A stretch of DNA of 64,000 bases from Dehalococcoidia bacterium (GTDB taxonomy: Bacteria > Chloroflexota > Dehalococcoidia > Plut-88900): contig OZ240219.1 of the NCBI GenBank assembly GCA_965197645.1, positions 2,080,001 through 2,144,000 of the forward strand. The letters run 5' to 3'. A program made the position numbers and the translations under genes. Position 1 is the first letter of the stretch. The number at the start of each line of letters is the position of its first letter. Positions 1 through 9,499 of this stretch are shown piece by piece. The notes under the pieces are model-generated. The model ran no database searches. It worked only from the letters and a program-made list of their open reading frames with translations, and was not told where the DNA came from.

Positions 1-796
1 GGTGGGGCTGGACTGGCCTCAGGACTGTGCCGACCCAAAGGTGGCCGCTGCCTACTGCCGAGCCTACAACAACTGGCTGGCCGAGTTCTGCCAGGAGTCA
101 CCGGATCGGCTGCTGGGGATAGGCCACATAACGTTATTGGACGTGGACGAGGGTGTTTCGGAGATGAAACGAGCCTTGAAGCTGGGCATGAAGGGGATCT
201 ATCCTCCCACGGTAGCCTTCAATGGCATTCCCTACGGCGAGCCCCACTACGACGCCTTCTGGGCCGAGGCCCAAGACCAGGGCACGCCTGTGAGCCTTCA
301 CGTTACGGGCCTCGTCAACGGCTTCGGCGGACACCTGTACCCAAAGTCCTACGACACTCCCTTCTGGTGGTACCTGGTCATGGACATGGGCGAAGTCCTC
401 TCCGCCTTCACCAGCCTATTCCAAGGTGGTGTCTTCGAGAGGTTTCCGGGAGCGAAAGTCGTCGTGGTGGAGACCGGCTCCGGCTGGCTGCCCTACTGGC
501 TGGAGCGGATGGACCATCTCTTCGACAAGCTCCACTTCACCACACCCCTGAAGCTGCGACCCAGCGAGTACTTCGAGCGCCAGTGCTGGATAGTCATCGA
601 TCCCGACGAGAAGACCGCTCCCGCGACCCTCGGGTTCGTGAGCCACGATCGCTTCCTCTGGGGCTCCGACTATCCCCACACCGAGGGCGAGTCCGGTGCG
701 TTGGACGAACTGAAAGAGAACATAGCTCCTCTTCCCGACGATACCAAGGACAAGATTCTAGGCGCCAACGCAATCCAGCTCTACAACCTCAACTAG
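1..796 (+). CDS. Amidohydrolase family protein (Amidohydro_2), 5'-partial
   Basis: AYNNWLAEFC, SLHV, ETGSGWLPY and WGSDYPH motifs; frame open from the window edge. Confidence 0.85.
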   Translation, partial: VGLDWPQDCADPKVAAAYCRAYNNWLAEFCQESPDRLLGIGHITLLDVDEGVSEMKRALKLGMKGIYPPTVAFNGIPYGEPHYDAFWAEAQDQGTPVSLHVTGLVNGFGGHLYPKSYDTPFWWYLVMDMGEVLSAFTSLFQGGVFERFPGAKVVVVETGSGWLPYWLERMDHLFDKLHFTTPLKLRPSEYFERQCWIVIDPDEKTAPATLGFVSHDRFLWGSDYPHTEGESGALDELKENIAPLPDDTKDKILGANAIQLYNLN

Positions 797-809
797 AGCC
801 ATCCTCGTT

Positions 810-1793
810 ATGAAGATTCTCTTCTGTACCGATGTCTTTCCCAACGCCGTGGAGATTCTTCGCCGGTACGTTGCCCAAGACGAAGTGGTCACCTGCGCAC
901 CGGCCGAGATACCGGTCCAATCCAGGGATGCCGACGTGCTTGTTCCTGGCATGTCCCGTATCGGGGCCGATATCATCGATCGGACCGCCGCCCGGATGGT
1001 GCACCAGTTCGGGGTGGGGCTGGAGGGGGTGGACATACCCGCCGCCACCAGCAAAGGCATCTACGTGGCCAACGTCCCCAGCAACGAAGCCGGCGGCAAC
1101 GCCATCTCCGTCGCTGAACACGCCATCTTCCTCATGCTTGCCCTGGCGAGAAAGTACCCGGCCGCCTCGCGGAACCTGGTACAGGGAACAACCTGGGGTG
1201 CTCCCATCGGGGCCCAACTCCGAGGCAAGACGGTAACGATAGTCGGACTGGGCAACATCGGAGCGGCCCTCGTCGAACGGCTGAAAGCCTTCGGCATGCG
1301 GGTCCTGGGCACCAGGCGCAATCCCGACCTACCGGTAAGGAACATCGATTATCTCGGAGGCCCGAATGACCTGCCCCGCCTTCTCGGCGAATCGGACTTC
1401 GTGGTCATGGCCGTACCCGTAACCGATGAGACCCGGGGCATGATCGGCCACGCTGAGCTGGCTGTGATCAAGAAGGGGGCATTCATCGTAAACGTGGCTC
1501 GTGGCCCTCTCATCGATTACGATGCCCTGGTACAGGCATTGGAAAACGGCCAGCTGGCCGGCGCCGGACTGGACGTGTTCTGGCACGAGCCTGTGGACCC
1601 CACGGACCCCCTGTTCCAGTTGAATGTCATCGCCACGCCCCACGTGGCCGGGGTCACCGATACCTCGTACGACGAGATCGTCAGGGACATGGCCGCTAAC
1701 GTGGACCGGCTTCGCCAAGGGCTGCATCCCGTCAACTGCGTGAACCTGGAGGAGCTGCAGGCTGCATCGCAAGAAAGCCAAGGAGGACGCTGA
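810..1793 (+). CDS. D-isomer-specific 2-hydroxyacid dehydrogenase
   Basis: GLGNIG Rossmann motif, NVARG, LDVFWHEP, TPHVAG. Confidence 0.9.
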   Translation: MKILFCTDVFPNAVEILRRYVAQDEVVTCAPAEIPVQSRDADVLVPGMSRIGADIIDRTAARMVHQFGVGLEGVDIPAATSKGIYVANVPSNEAGGNAISVAEHAIFLMLALARKYPAASRNLVQGTTWGAPIGAQLRGKTVTIVGLGNIGAALVERLKAFGMRVLGTRRNPDLPVRNIDYLGGPNDLPRLLGESDFVVMAVPVTDETRGMIGHAELAVIKKGAFIVNVARGPLIDYDALVQALENGQLAGAGLDVFWHEPVDPTDPLFQLNVIATPHVAGVTDTSYDEIVRDMAANVDRLRQGLHPVNCVNLEELQAASQESQGGR

Positions 1794-3541
1794 TGGGCAC
1801 AGGTATAGGTTCCTACAGGCCGCCGATAATGGGCGTGACCCACATGGTATCTTCGGGGCACTATCTGGCCGCCGCGGCTGGTTACCGCATTCTGGAGGAA
1901 GGCGGCAACGCCGTGGACGCCGGGGTGGCCTCCGGGATCGCAGTCAACGTGACCACTCCGGAGAACACCAACTTCGCCGGAGTGGCACCCATCATCATCT
2001 ACCTGGCCGAACAGGACCGGGTGGTGACCATCAGCGGCCTGGGCAGGTGGCCCCGGAAGGCGTCCATCGACTACTTCCTCAAACACTGCGACGGCGATCT
2101 TCCCCAGGGCATTCTCCGGGCCGTCGTGCCCTCGGCTCCCGACGCCTGGCTCACCGCCCTGGAGCGCTACGGCACCATGACCTTCGAGCAGGTCATCACC
2201 CCGTCCATCGAGTTGACGGAGGGTGGCTATCCTGTAACGGCGGTGGTGCAGGCCGAGCTGATGGAGGACTCCGAATCGGAGTACGGGACCGTCGCCCGCT
2301 GGTCCTCCACCCGCGACGTGTTCATGCCCGGTGGCAGGGTGCCCGACGTTGGGCAGGTGCTGATCCAGCGAGATCTGGCCAGTACTTTCAGGCGGCTGGT
2401 GGAGGTGGAGCGGGCCAACGCCGGAAAGGGTCGGGCCGCCGCCATTCGTGCCGCTCGAGACTACTTCTACAAGGGTGACTTGGCGCAAGAGATGGCGGAG
2501 TTCAGCCGGGAGCAAGACGGCCTCATCCAGCTGGAGGACATTCAGGACTTCTCGGTCAAGATCGAGGAGCCGGTTAAAGGACGGTTTCGAGACTACAACA
2601 TATACACCTGTGGGCCCTGGTGCCAGGGTCCCGTCGTTGCCCAGGTGCTCCAGATGCTGGAGGATGACGACATGAACGCCCTGGGACACAACAGTCCCCG
2701 GTACATTCACCTGGTGTCCCAGGCCTTTGACCTGGCCTTCTCCGATAGGGAGCACTACTACGGTGACCCCGATTTCGTCGACGTGCCCATGGAACAGATG
2801 ATGGCCAAGCAGTACACGTCGGCGCGGCGGGAAGTGCTCGACATGAACAGGGCCTACTCCGAGCTGCCTCCGCCGGGCGACCCTGTGTCCGGGCTCGCCG
2901 TCCTGGAAGGCGCGAAGAGACTGGCCCCCTCCTCGGCTTCCGCCGACCCACAGCACGATACCAGCTACACCTGCGCCGTCGACCGCTGGGGCAATGCTTT
3001 CTCCGCCACGCCCAGCGACTCCAATACCAACGGACCGCTGGTCCCCGGCCTCGGCTTCAGCCTATCGTCGCGGGGCACGCAGAGCTGGCTGGACCCTGGG
3101 CACGCGTCCAGTCTTCAACCCTGGAAGAGGCCTCGTTTGACTCCCAACCCGGCCATCGCCTTCAAAGGCGGCAAGCTGTTCATGCCCTTCGGGTGCCCGG
3201 GTGGAGACGCCCAGTGCCAGGCAATGGTGCAGCTCTTCCTCAACGTGGTCGAGTTCGGGATGAACCCTCAAAAGGCGCTGGAGGAACCCCGGTTCACTAC
3301 GTGGAACTTCCCCGACTCCTTCTGGCCCCACACCTACCAGAAGGGCCGGCTCAACCTGGAGGGAAGAATACCTCAGCCCACCGCCGACGAGCTTGTCCGC
3401 TTGGGCCGCGACGTTAGGGTGGTCGACGACTGGGAGCCGATGTCGATGGGGGTGCCGGCGGCCATTATGGTAGATCCGGAGACCGGCGTCCTGTCCGGCG
3501 GTGCCGATCCCCGGCGGGACACGTATGCCATTGGGCGGTAG
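1793..3541 (+). CDS. ggt: Gamma-glutamyltransferase family protein (Ntn hydrolase)
   Basis: GGNAVDAGVA, DTSY nucleophile Thr, PGGDAQ, GADPRR; TGATG coupling to upstream gene. Confidence 0.85.
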   Translation: MGTGIGSYRPPIMGVTHMVSSGHYLAAAAGYRILEEGGNAVDAGVASGIAVNVTTPENTNFAGVAPIIIYLAEQDRVVTISGLGRWPRKASIDYFLKHCDGDLPQGILRAVVPSAPDAWLTALERYGTMTFEQVITPSIELTEGGYPVTAVVQAELMEDSESEYGTVARWSSTRDVFMPGGRVPDVGQVLIQRDLASTFRRLVEVERANAGKGRAAAIRAARDYFYKGDLAQEMAEFSREQDGLIQLEDIQDFSVKIEEPVKGRFRDYNIYTCGPWCQGPVVAQVLQMLEDDDMNALGHNSPRYIHLVSQAFDLAFSDREHYYGDPDFVDVPMEQMMAKQYTSARREVLDMNRAYSELPPPGDPVSGLAVLEGAKRLAPSSASADPQHDTSYTCAVDRWGNAFSATPSDSNTNGPLVPGLGFSLSSRGTQSWLDPGHASSLQPWKRPRLTPNPAIAFKGGKLFMPFGCPGGDAQCQAMVQLFLNVVEFGMNPQKALEEPRFTTWNFPDSFWPHTYQKGRLNLEGRIPQPTADELVRLGRDVRVVDDWEPMSMGVPAAIMVDPETGVLSGGADPRRDTYAIGR

Positions 3542-3574
3542 CCGGGGCTGGGTGCTATAGGCCGGTAGCGGGGT

Positions 3575-4165
3575 TCAGGGCACCAGCACCTGCACTGACC
3601 AACCCTCGCCGGCGCGGGTGTAAAGTCGCCGGTCGTGGAGACGCTCGCTGCCGCCGTGCCACGCCTCGATGTGTTCAGGCACTACCCTGACGCCTCTCAG
3701 CTCGTCCGGAAGAGGCACGCTGTCGGCGCTGGGATGCTTCTGCTTGAGCGCCTCCATGTTCTGTTGCAGGTGTTGGCGGGAAGGCACGGCGGTTGTCTGT
3801 CTTTCGAAGGTGGGGTAGTAGAGATCCAGCAGTCGAGACCCCAGGCTCTTCCTCTCCCAGTAGACCAGGGTCTTCTCCCGCTCCAGCGGCTCCATCGAAC
3901 CCCTTATCCGATACTGGCGCACCACCGAGTGCCAGAACATCAGCAGCTCGAATCCTTTACCTTCCTGCAGCTGGTCCCATTTCGGTGTCTCGCTGTTGAG
4001 CAGCAACTCGAACCCGCGCTCATCGATGTCTCTCAGTGAGATGGCCCGGACCGTGGGATGGCCCGCCGCCGTTATAGTACTCAGGAAGCAGACATCCACG
4101 TTGGCGTCGCCCAGCTCTCGGGCCTGTTTACGCTCGGCTATGATCTCGTCTATGGGGCTGTTCAT
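3575..4165 (-). CDS. Pyridoxamine 5'-phosphate oxidase-like FMN-binding protein
   Basis: FWHSVVRQYRIRG and IEAWHG..RLHDRRLY..W..LVP resemble PdxH. Confidence 0.7.
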   Translation of the reverse strand: MNSPIDEIIAERKQARELGDANVDVCFLSTITAAGHPTVRAISLRDIDERGFELLLNSETPKWDQLQEGKGFELLMFWHSVVRQYRIRGSMEPLEREKTLVYWERKSLGSRLLDLYYPTFERQTTAVPSRQHLQQNMEALKQKHPSADSVPLPDELRGVRVVPEHIEAWHGGSERLHDRRLYTRAGEGWSVQVLVP

Positions 4166-4227
4166 ATGCCCATTCAAACATAACTCAGGCCTGGATTAAA
4201 CCCCGATTATCGCCCTATGCGCATCTG

Positions 4228-4236
4228 TGGTAGAAT
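4228..4236 (+). promoter_or_regulatory. Extended -10 promoter (TGnTAGAAT) for the helicase gene
   Basis: TGGTAGAAT about 55 nt upstream of the inferred start. Confidence 0.5.
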
Positions 4237-4290
4237 ATACGCGAACAGACTTTGAGACGGACAACTCTCTAAAACCCGAAAGGACCCGAT

Positions 4291-5574
4291 ATCACCTCCA
4301 CTCCTACTGACCACAAGACCCAGACCCCGGCTTCCCATCACTCCAACAGTTCCCGACGCCGACCCCAAGGCCCCCGTTCCAAGAACCCACACCCTTCATC
4401 CCCCAGACCCACCTCCCAGAACGCAGACCTTACCGTCGAGCCCGCGACCTTCGGAGATATACCCGTCTCCCCAGAGGTTGCCAGATCCCTATCTGATATG
4501 GGTTACGCCTCTCCGACCCCGATACAGGCGGAGGCCATCCCCATTCTCCAGAGGAGGAAGGACCTCGTCGGGCAGGCGTTGACTGGCAGTGGCAAGACCT
4601 CGGCCTTCGGCATCCCCATCATCGAGCGAGTCGATCCCCAAGACAGGGCCACCCAGGCCATCGTACTGGTGCCCACCCGAGAGTTGGCCCTCCAGGTTAC
4701 CAAGGAGCTGACCCGGCTGGCGAAGTACAGGGGAGTGAGGGTTGTAGCCATTTACGGCGGACAGCCCATCGTTCGACAGTTCAAGGCACTGGACGAGGGA
4801 GCTCACGTCATCGTGGGCACCCCCGGTCGGGTCATCGATCATCTGGGCCGGAGTACCATGGACCTTGGAAACGTGCGAATCGCCGTGCTCGACGAGGCCG
4901 ACGAGATGCTTGACATCGGCTTCGCCGAGGATATGGTGCGAATCCTCAGAAAGACACCCAGAAACCGGCAGACGGCCCTGTTCTCCGCCACTGTGCCCAC
5001 CTTCATTAAACGCCTGATCTACTATCACCTGCGAGAGCCGGTATGGGTACAGATCGGCGAGGAGATAGAGACGGTACCGGAGACCCGCCAGCTCTACTGC
5101 GAAGTCGCCGACCGCGACAAGCTGGAAGGCTTGAAAGAGGTCCTGGGATCTCCAGGCAAACAGGCCCATACCCTGATCTTCTCCCGAATGCAGGTGAGGG
5201 TCGATGGTCTGGCGAGGGATCTCCAGCGCGCCGGATACGACGTGCGGGGTCTCCACGGCGGCATGAGACAGAGGGAGCGCGACACCGTCATGCGAGGCTT
5301 CCGAGAGGGCCGTCCCAAACTGCTGGTGGCAACCAACGTCGCCGCCCGCGGTCTCGATATCCCCTCTATAGAGTGCGTAGTAAACTACGACGTTCCCGAT
5401 AACATCGAACACTACGTGCATCGCATCGGACGGACCAGCAGGATGGGGCGTCCGGGCACCGCCATAACCCTGGTCAGCGAGTGGGACGTCTACACTTTCG
5501 ACGACATCCGCGCCAAGCTTGGTGACGAGATAGAGCAGCTGCCCCTGGCCCTCTACCAGTCCTCAGCGAGCTAG
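4291..5574 (+). CDS. DEAD-box RNA helicase; probable ATC start at 4291 (first in-frame ATG 4498)
   Basis: Q motif TFGDIPVSPEVARSLSDMGYASPTPIQ begins upstream of the ATG; TGSGKT, PTRELA, TPGR, DEAD, SAT, ARGLD, HRIGRTSR; GAAAGGA SD 6 nt before ATC. Confidence 0.9.
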   Translation: MTSTPTDHKTQTPASHHSNSSRRRPQGPRSKNPHPSSPRPTSQNADLTVEPATFGDIPVSPEVARSLSDMGYASPTPIQAEAIPILQRRKDLVGQALTGSGKTSAFGIPIIERVDPQDRATQAIVLVPTRELALQVTKELTRLAKYRGVRVVAIYGGQPIVRQFKALDEGAHVIVGTPGRVIDHLGRSTMDLGNVRIAVLDEADEMLDIGFAEDMVRILRKTPRNRQTALFSATVPTFIKRLIYYHLREPVWVQIGEEIETVPETRQLYCEVADRDKLEGLKEVLGSPGKQAHTLIFSRMQVRVDGLARDLQRAGYDVRGLHGGMRQRERDTVMRGFREGRPKLLVATNVAARGLDIPSIECVVNYDVPDNIEHYVHRIGRTSRMGRPGTAITLVSEWDVYTFDDIRAKLGDEIEQLPLALYQSSAS

Positions 5575-5607
5575 AGGTTCGTCCGCTGCACCCCACGAGG
5601 TAGAGCT

Positions 5608-6273
5608 ATGGCAGAGTTCGAAGTCGTCTCCTTCGATTGCTACGGCACCCTGATTGATTGGGACCAGGGGATGAGCAATGCCGTCAACAAGCTGCTCGAA
5701 AAGGGGAATCTGGACCTGGACGCCGATGGCCTGCTCGCCAGGTACCGACTAATCGAGATGCAGCTGCAGCGGGGCCCCTACATGACCTACCGTCAGTACC
5801 TGGCGGTTGGGCTGAGCATGGCCTTCCAGCAGCGGGGAGTCAGCTTGAGTGGAGACGACAGCGGCATTTTCGCCGATACTCTACCGGCCTGGCCCAAGTT
5901 CGCCGAGACGACCGAGGTGCTGACCCAGCTCAAAGACAAGGGACTGAAGCTCGTCATCCTGTCCAACATCGATGACGACCTCATTCAGGGCGCTTTGGAG
6001 CTCATCGGGGTGGACTTCGATGCTGTGATCACCGCGGAGCAGGTGCGCTCCTACAAGCCGGCCCCGGGCCACTGGAACCGGATGTTAAGCCAACTCGATG
6101 TAACCAAGGACAAGGTGCTCCATGTGGGCGCCAGCGACGACCACGATATCCAACCCGGCAAACGATTCGGCTATACCGTTGCCTGGATAAACCGCACCAA
6201 CGAAGAGCCTTCGGGCGCCGAGCTACCCGACCACCAGTTCTCCGACCTTCGTGGTCTCCTCGATATAGTCTAA
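5608..6273 (+). CDS. HAD-superfamily hydrolase, haloacid dehalogenase type II-like
   Basis: FDCYGTLID, LSN, YKP, HVGAS..HD motifs. Confidence 0.85.
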   Translation: MAEFEVVSFDCYGTLIDWDQGMSNAVNKLLEKGNLDLDADGLLARYRLIEMQLQRGPYMTYRQYLAVGLSMAFQQRGVSLSGDDSGIFADTLPAWPKFAETTEVLTQLKDKGLKLVILSNIDDDLIQGALELIGVDFDAVITAEQVRSYKPAPGHWNRMLSQLDVTKDKVLHVGASDDHDIQPGKRFGYTVAWINRTNEEPSGAELPDHQFSDLRGLLDIV

Positions 6274-6285
6274 GTCGACGGCCTC

Positions 6286-7287
6286 CTACCGAACCCTGGG
6301 CAACACCTCTTCTCCCAGCAGCCGCAAGCAGTCCAGAGCCATCTTTCCCGGCATGTCCGCCCACTGGATCGTCAGCAGTATGTAGTTGTATCCCAGGGCC
6401 TCGTATCGCTTCAGCTCCCGGACACAGTCATCAGGGTCGCCGATGATGAACCTGTCTTGGGCTAGCTCTTCGAAGGTCCGGCTCCAGGTGTCCTCGCTGG
6501 GAAGCTCCTTGTCCTGCCCCTGGTCCACATACACGTCGTACCGGTGACCGATATACGGCTCGCTGGCCTCGAATGCAGCTGCCCGCGTCTCGGCCACGAA
6601 GCAATCTCTCAGGACAGCGATCTCTTCCGGCTCCGGTTTGCCCAGCTCATTCAACGCCTCTTTATAGGCCCCTATCTGCTCCTCCAGCGTGGATATATGG
6701 GCGTGGGGGCTGGCGTAGAGAACGTCACCGATCCGGGCGGCCCGTCTCACCGCCGGATGGTTGTTGGCCGCTATCCAGATGGGGGGATGGGGTTTCTGTA
6801 TCGGCCGGTTGGTGGGCACGACGTCGGATACGGAGTAGTGCCGCCCTTCGTAGGTCACCGAGTCCTCGGTCCACATCCGTTTGATGATCTCCAGCGACTC
6901 TTCGAACCTTCCCACCCGGTGCTTCCTATCTATGCCGAAGGCCTGGAACTCCTCCTCTTCGTATCCAAGCCCCACACCGAAGATGAGCTTCCCGTTGGTG
7001 ATGGTGTCCAGGGTGGCCATCTGCTCGGCCACGTCCACCGGATGGAAGAGAGGGAGCAGAATGATGCCCGTGCCCAGCCGCATCTCATCGGCCTCGGCGG
7101 CTAGACGGCCCAGTAGTGGTATAGGCTGTATGGTCTGCAGCGGATGGGTGAGGAAGTGCTGACCCACGAAGATGCTATCGAAATCGTAGGTCCTCGCCAG
7201 GGCTACCTGCTCCAGCAGCTCCTCGAAACGGAGCCGCGCCGGCTTACCGGCGACGTACTCGTTGGATATCTCAATACCGATTTTCAT
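6286..7287 (-). CDS. Luciferase-like (LLM) flavin-dependent oxidoreductase
   Basis: GQHF, LPLFHPVDVAEQMATLD, GVGLGY, PIQKPHPPIWIA. Confidence 0.9.
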   Translation of the reverse strand: MKIGIEISNEYVAGKPARLRFEELLEQVALARTYDFDSIFVGQHFLTHPLQTIQPIPLLGRLAAEADEMRLGTGIILLPLFHPVDVAEQMATLDTITNGKLIFGVGLGYEEEEFQAFGIDRKHRVGRFEESLEIIKRMWTEDSVTYEGRHYSVSDVVPTNRPIQKPHPPIWIAANNHPAVRRAARIGDVLYASPHAHISTLEEQIGAYKEALNELGKPEPEEIAVLRDCFVAETRAAAFEASEPYIGHRYDVYVDQGQDKELPSEDTWSRTFEELAQDRFIIGDPDDCVRELKRYEALGYNYILLTIQWADMPGKMALDCLRLLGEEVLPRVR

Positions 7288-7446
7288 CTGCAACTCCCTA
7301 CCGGGTGAACGCCGGCATTCGAGATGGTCAGCACACCTCTCGATGAGCCTGAGATGTCAGGGTGGCAGGCCTAGGCGAGGCTCCCGACGGGCGAGCGACA
7401 GGAAGCGTTACTCTACCGCTGGGCCGTGGTACCGAAGCGGAGTGGA

Positions 7447-7905
7447 CTAATCGTTGACGACGGCGTGGACCCGGTACGCTACTCCGTCGGACGTGGTCTT
7501 CCCCTCGGCGACGCAGACCAGGCCGTTTAGCCAAGCGTAACGCTCGTCCCCCGTCTCGATGCTGGGAACGGTCATGAAGTACATGTCGCCGTACTCGGTT
7601 GGCCCAACGGCGGAAGGCTCGGGTTTGCCCGGATCCGGTCGAGAGATGCCTGTATAAGTCAGGTACAGGAGTGCGCCGTCGTCCGTCTCCATCGTGGCCC
7701 GCACGTCCAGCCGGGAGACCCCTTTCGAGTCGGTCAGCAGCCAGTCGCCGGCCGCGCCCTTCCGAACGGTCCCCTTGAGCTTGGGCCCCTCGAACTTGCC
7801 TCCGCTCACGTTGTAGATGATGCGGGTGCCGAAGGGGCCTTCGCCCACGTCCATAGTGGCCTCGTCCACCAACGCGTTGAACTCAAGCAGAAACTCCAGC
7901 TTCAT
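7447..7905 (-). CDS. DUF3237 family protein
   Basis: GGKFEGPKLKG, DWL..RLDVR..ETDDGALLY, ETGDERYAWLN pattern. Confidence 0.8.
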   Translation of the reverse strand: MKLEFLLEFNALVDEATMDVGEGPFGTRIIYNVSGGKFEGPKLKGTVRKGAAGDWLLTDSKGVSRLDVRATMETDDGALLYLTYTGISRPDPGKPEPSAVGPTEYGDMYFMTVPSIETGDERYAWLNGLVCVAEGKTTSDGVAYRVHAVVND

Positions 7906-7906
7906 G

Positions 7907-9277
7907 TTAGCTCCTCAGGGGGGCTACCCCATCTTCGATGGCCGAGTTGAGGGAACTCTCGAATGCGTCCAGGGTTCGCTGTATGTCCTCGTCGGAGTGG
8001 GCCATCGAGCAGATCCCCAGCCGTACCCAGCAATCGACTCCGTTGAACACCATGTTCTTTCGCAGCGCTCCCATGGCAGCGCCCGCCTCGGGATGGTTCA
8101 GCAGGGTGGCGGTGCTCAGGGGCGGTTTCTCGCTGTACTCGGTGGGGTCCGATTCGCAGTCACCCAGATAGACGTGGAACATCGACTTCGTGCCGTAGCA
8201 GGCACCCGATATTCCGTTCTCCTGGATTATGCTGTGGATACCCCTCCGAAGCTTGTCGGCGACCTCGTTGGCCCGCCGGTGGGGCTCGCCGGTGGCTATC
8301 ACCTTCAAGCATGCAACCCCGGCCGCCACTGAGATGGGATTGGCATTGAAGGTACCCGGATGAGGCATTCGCTGGTGCCGGTTCCAGTGCGGGTCGTCTC
8401 GATGCTGGATCATGTCCAGCAGGTCGGCCTTGCCGGCGACAGCGCCTCCGGGCATGGCCCCCATCAGTATCTTCGCCATCGTCGAAAGGTCCGGGCTTAC
8501 ACCGATATCGCCCTGCCAGCCTCCCGGGGTCCAGCGGAACCCGGTCACCACCTCGTCGAAGACCAGGACGGTGCCGTACTTGTCACACAGCTCCCGTGCG
8601 GAGCGAGCGTACTCTGCGGTAGTGGGAATGGTGCCCATGTGAGCGCCCCCACCCTCGATGAGCACCGCCGCCACCTCTCGGGTCGAGAGGGCGTTTTCCA
8701 ACGCCTGGGTATCGTTGGGAGGCACTACTATGACGCTGTCCTGGATGCCGGCCGGCATGCCAGATGTGGGCTCGTCGTAGGGAGAGTCCACGCCGACGTA
8801 GACCGCATCGGCCCAGCCGTGAAAGTTGGCCTGCAGCTTCACTATCTTCGGGCGGCCCGTGTAGGTCCGGGCGAGGCGGATGGCCATCATATTGGCCTCC
8901 GTCCCCGAGTTGACGAACCGCATCTTCTCCACGGAGGGATAGAGCTGCTTTATCTGCTCGGCCAGCTCTATCTCCATGTTGTGGGAACCGCTGTAGTGCG
9001 ACCCCTTGGCCGCCTGCTGCTGCACTGCCTCTACCACTTCCGGGTGGGCGTACCCCAGAATGGATGCGCCGTGACCCATGGCGTAGCAGACGTAGTCCGT
9101 GCCGTCCACGTCCCACTTGTGAGAGCCCCGAGTCCGCTCGATGTAGGGAGGAAAGGGTGAGAATGCCCGGCTGTCGTGGGTAACGCCGTCGGGGAAGAGG
9201 GTGCGAGCCTTCTCCGCCATAGCCTGGGACTTGGGATGGGTCCGGATATAGTTGGCTTCCGCCTCTTGAGTCTTCAT
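7907..9277 (-). CDS. Class III PLP aminotransferase (glutamate-1-semialdehyde aminomutase-like)
   Basis: FVNSGTEA, FHGW, FDEVVTGFR, PLP-Lys in TMAKI, GTFNANP. Confidence 0.85.
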   Translation of the reverse strand: MKTQEAEANYIRTHPKSQAMAEKARTLFPDGVTHDSRAFSPFPPYIERTRGSHKWDVDGTDYVCYAMGHGASILGYAHPEVVEAVQQQAAKGSHYSGSHNMEIELAEQIKQLYPSVEKMRFVNSGTEANMMAIRLARTYTGRPKIVKLQANFHGWADAVYVGVDSPYDEPTSGMPAGIQDSVIVVPPNDTQALENALSTREVAAVLIEGGGAHMGTIPTTAEYARSARELCDKYGTVLVFDEVVTGFRWTPGGWQGDIGVSPDLSTMAKILMGAMPGGAVAGKADLLDMIQHRDDPHWNRHQRMPHPGTFNANPISVAAGVACLKVIATGEPHRRANEVADKLRRGIHSIIQENGISGACYGTKSMFHVYLGDCESDPTEYSEKPPLSTATLLNHPEAGAAMGALRKNMVFNGVDCWVRLGICSMAHSDEDIQRTLDAFESSLNSAIEDGVAPLRS

Positions 9278-9499
9278 CATTCCTCCTGGCTATCGAAAGT
9301 GGGGTGCGGGAAAAGAAGCGATATTATAGCACAGGGCGCCCCAGCCTCTTCGGTTTCAGCATCACTCTCTCCTGTCTGCGACCGTTTCGGCTATTTTAAT
9401 CCCTTGCGATGACGAAGGTCGTTGTCACGGTATCAAACTGCCTGTATATTATCAGTCGGCCTCGGCCTGAAGTCGCGAGCAAAGGGAGGAGACGATATC

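Noticed and set aside
1517-2956. Long antisense or alternate-frame ORFs (also 4489-5421, 32651-33751, 36119-37129, 42472-43596, 49853-50908, 60252-61355)
   Set aside because: They overlap motif-supported genes and lack motifs; expected shadows in GC-rich DNA
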